Source: Spirochaetes bacterium RBG_16_49_21 (GTDB taxonomy: Bacteria > Spirochaetota > UBA4802 > UBA5550). From it: a stretch of DNA of 64,000 nt. The position numbers and the translations under genes are program-made. Positions 62,713 through 64,000 of this stretch are shown in pieces. Numbering within the stretch: position 1 is the stretch's first letter; every line of letters starts with the position of its first letter. Under the pieces are notes generated by a model. The model had not been told where the DNA came from. It made no database searches and saw nothing but the letters and a program-made list of their open reading frames with translations. Location: assembly GCA_001829495.1 (NCBI GenBank), contig MIBJ01000037.1, positions 39,521 through 103,520 of the forward strand, in the 5' to 3' direction.

Positions 62713-63876
62713 TCAGGGGACGTCCGGCATTGCTTGTTTTATTCCGGAAACCAGTTTTTCCACAAAACCTTCGATATCATCGACCCGGGAGCTTGCGATT
62801 CTGAACGCAATCGCGCCTTCATGACCGCCGCCGTCTTCGATGGAAAATAGCTCCAGTACCCTTCTTAAATCAAAAGACTTATATCCCCGTCCTCTCCGCA
62901 GACGGAACTGAATGAGATTTGAGTTATGTGAATCGTCATAAGCGATGAAACCGAGTCGCGTACTCTCCTCAGCCAGATTATCGGCAATTGACCGCGAAAC
63001 CGATATGATCGTGTCTTTGTCGAATCTCCGGTTCAGGTAATCCATATCATTCCTGTCCAGAACCACGTACCCGATCAATTCAGAAAATTTTTTCTTCGCA
63101 TCAATATACCGAAAGCACTCCTCCTCAACCGCAGAAAGGCGTTGTATCTCGCGGAATACATCGTCCTTATTCATTAAATTGGTTTCTTTTGTGGTTTCCT
63201 TCATCAGCAAATGGTTGTACAGGCTGCTGAAGATATCATAGTACCGCCTCTGGCGCTTGGACTTAATATATTGGCCCATATTGGTGTCGCCGATAATCCC
63301 GGTGAGTACCGAAAGAATCACATTCCGCGACAGCAAATTCTGGATGTTATACTTCTTCAGTATATCTGTCCGCTTCCTGAGCTTCAATGCGGTCAGGCCC
63401 ACAAGCTCACTTGATGAGTTGGCTTCCGTGACCAGGCAATATCCATCGTCTCCGATATAGTTGCTGTCCGCCCCGAGATGATGATCTATCTCAATTTTCA
63501 ATATGCCCGGATTATTCAGCAAGGAATCAATAGGGGGACCCGCGTCAACCATGGAAAATTTCGGCGTATCGCAGACAACGATCGTGTCTATCGGATCATT
63601 CATTGAACTGACCGGCCCGCAACAATGGATCGCATTGTGGCTGCAGATGTTGAGCAGGTATTGGAAATGATCGTGCACCGGCCCGCTGGTGTAGAGGTAG
63701 GCCTTTTTTGAGAACTTGCTCACAATAAGCGCGAAGGACACCATAGAGGCGATGCAGTCTTCATCCGGATTTTTATGGCCCAGAATAAGAAAATGATGCC
63801 TATCCTGGAGGGCGCCGATTATGTTGCCGATTATTTTATTTTTTTCATATATCGTTTGAAGCGGTCTTTTATTCAT
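62713..63876 (-). CDS. DHH/DHHA1-family phosphoesterase (NrnA-like oligoribonuclease / nucleotide phosphodiesterase)
   Basis: 'ILGHKNPDEDCIAS' (DxD), 'IEIDHHLG' (DHH) and 'GGGHEGAIAF' (DHHA1 GGGH). Confidence 0.85.
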   Translation of the reverse strand: MNKRPLQTIYEKNKIIGNIIGALQDRHHFLILGHKNPDEDCIASMVSFALIVSKFSKKAYLYTSGPVHDHFQYLLNICSHNAIHCCGPVSSMNDPIDTIVVCDTPKFSMVDAGPPIDSLLNNPGILKIEIDHHLGADSNYIGDDGYCLVTEANSSSELVGLTALKLRKRTDILKKYNIQNLLSRNVILSVLTGIIGDTNMGQYIKSKRQRRYYDIFSSLYNHLLMKETTKETNLMNKDDVFREIQRLSAVEEECFRYIDAKKKFSELIGYVVLDRNDMDYLNRRFDKDTIISVSRSIADNLAEESTRLGFIAYDDSHNSNLIQFRLRRGRGYKSFDLRRVLELFSIEDGGGHEGAIAFRIASSRVDDIEGFVEKLVSGIKQAMPDVP

Positions 63877-63885
63877 AGTTCGCGT

Positions 63886-64000
63886 TTAGTCCCTGTTGGC
63901 GTCAGCAGTACCGCAGACTACCCGGTTTCGTCCGCCCTCTTTGGCGCGGTACAACGCCTGATCCGCGAGTTCTTTGATCTGTTGAACGGTGTTCGCGTGC
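63886..64000 (-). CDS. C-terminal end of a GGDEF-domain diguanylate cyclase (5' part outside the window)
   Basis: The reverse-strand translation ends '...ELADQALYRAKEGGRNRVVCGTADANRD*'. 'ALYRAKxxGRNRV' is the canonical GGDEF C-terminus. The stop lies 9 nt before the DHH gene start. Confidence 0.75.
   Translation of the reverse strand, partial: HANTVQQIKELADQALYRAKEGGRNRVVCGTADANRD

Overview
This 64 kb window reads as mostly core chromosome of a diderm bacterium. The phylum cannot be assigned from sequence alone. Lipoprotein style, partner-switching modules, many TPR proteins and Bacillus-like FadN/FadA/FadE enzymes would fit a spirochaete-like or related lineage, at low confidence.

I support about 57 protein-coding genes and 4 tRNAs, arranged as two minus-strand pairs: Gly-GCC/Leu-UAG and Leu-UAA/Cys-GCA. 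I see no rRNA, CRISPR array, transposase, phage block or recognisable defence-gene cluster.

Recognisable housekeeping blocks:
- ptsI
- tig-clpP-clpX-lon
- a pseudouridine synthase
- hemW plus a GH3 NagZ-like lipoprotein
- fadN-like and thiolase genes
- comEB
- dprA-(haem-motif protein)-topA-xerC
- an acyl-CoA dehydrogenase
- hisS, apt, htrA, rel/spoT, maf
- a short ssb
- a DHH phosphoesterase preceded by the 3' end of a GGDEF gene

The left end (about 490-5400) is visibly AT-richer. It carries a membrane 7TM-PAS-LuxR regulator followed by five exported proteins of unknown function.

Observations most worth a second look:
1. A family of palindromic MITE-like intergenic repeats has three copies. 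One copy forms a roughly 177 nt hairpin whose base contains the hisS stop codon and the SD/start codon of the next gene.
2. A separate 198 bp TIR/TSD-flanked MITE is nested inside another repeat.
3. A 19 nt motif (AGTTTTRCAACAAGTCTA), preceded by GC-rich hairpins, occurs in three divergent promoter regions.
4. A 1409 aa fusion joins two BcrAD/BadFG-type ATPase modules to a 2-hydroxyacyl-CoA-dehydratase-like module. It is divergently paired with a U32 protein carrying a complete CX6CX15CX3C Fe-S motif.
5. One ORF fuses RsmG with a SpoU/TrmH methyltransferase.
6. Several unusual translationally coupled gene pairs occur: RsbW-like kinase/LOG, EI/methyltransferase and porin/apt.

I did not find a compact multi-gene system that I can confidently call novel, so interest scores are deliberately moderate. 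All functional calls rest on motif recognition by eye. No database search was run.
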